Source: Amoebidium appalachense (Eukaryota > Protista > Ichthyosporea). Taken from it: a stretch of DNA of 64,000 nucleotides. This document shows positions 63,519 through 64,000 of the stretch, in pieces. The stretch is from the NCBI GenBank assembly GCA_963693365.1, contig CAVNZM010000012.1, forward strand, positions 4,144,409 to 4,208,408. The letters run 5' to 3'. The notes beneath the pieces are model-generated. The model saw only the letters and a list, made by a program, of their open reading frames with translations, was not told where the DNA came from and did not search any database. Within the stretch, counting starts at the first letter, position 1. Every line of letters starts with the position of its first letter. Position numbers and translations under genes: made by a program.

Positions 63519-63569
63519 CCCCCCCCCCCCCCGTCCTCCCCCCCGTCCTCTTTTCCTTTTGGGGGGGAG

Positions 63570-63640
<71 letters not shown>

Positions 63641-63891
63641 CACACACATGCACACATGCACACACACACACACGTTTCCGTGTATTGCTGTGCCTGTTCT
63701 CCTCCCCATCCATTCCCCATGATGCCTTTCAGCCCTCCCATTCTTCCGCATCACATCCCACCCTTCCCTTTTTCCCGCCTCCCTCCCTTCGTCCATTTGT
63801 CGTACCCCATATCTCTATCCGTCTGTTTTCCTGCGAGCACCCGTGTGAGGATGTCATTCTGGCTATCGCTTCTGTTCTGTCCATCTTTCTT

Positions 63892-63922
<31 letters not shown>

Positions 63923-63933
63923 GTGTGGGTGGG

Positions 63934-63972
<39 letters not shown>

Positions 63973-64000
63973 TAGTATCTGACAGGTGTGTCTTTTTGCA

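Overview
Eukaryotic (protist-like, probably opisthokont) genomic DNA with very microsatellite- and homopolymer-rich introns; most ORFs in the supplied track are repeat artefacts. Four spliced genes can be rebuilt exon by exon from GT-AG junctions. They are a Mn-type superoxide dismutase with a signal peptide and C-terminal KVEL (-), an EGF-repeat/DOMON/cytochrome b561 membrane reductase (-), S-formylglutathione hydrolase (-) and the complex I 75 kDa subunit (+, runs off the right edge). The 10-25 kb interval holds only intronless units: a divergent pair of decayed CX3CX10CX3C secreted-peptide genes, an orphan ORF, an inverted pair of claudin/PMP22-like genes and a bacterial-type GH18 chitinase fused to a CBM1. 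The most unusual signal is a dispersed repeat family that ends in poly-C and is co-oriented with its host genes. Its longest copy keeps a decayed Penelope-type GIY-YIG endonuclease. The family carries all three hammerhead-ribozyme core segments with pairable stems, but in a non-circularly permuted order. All calls were made by eye; no searches or folding programs were run.
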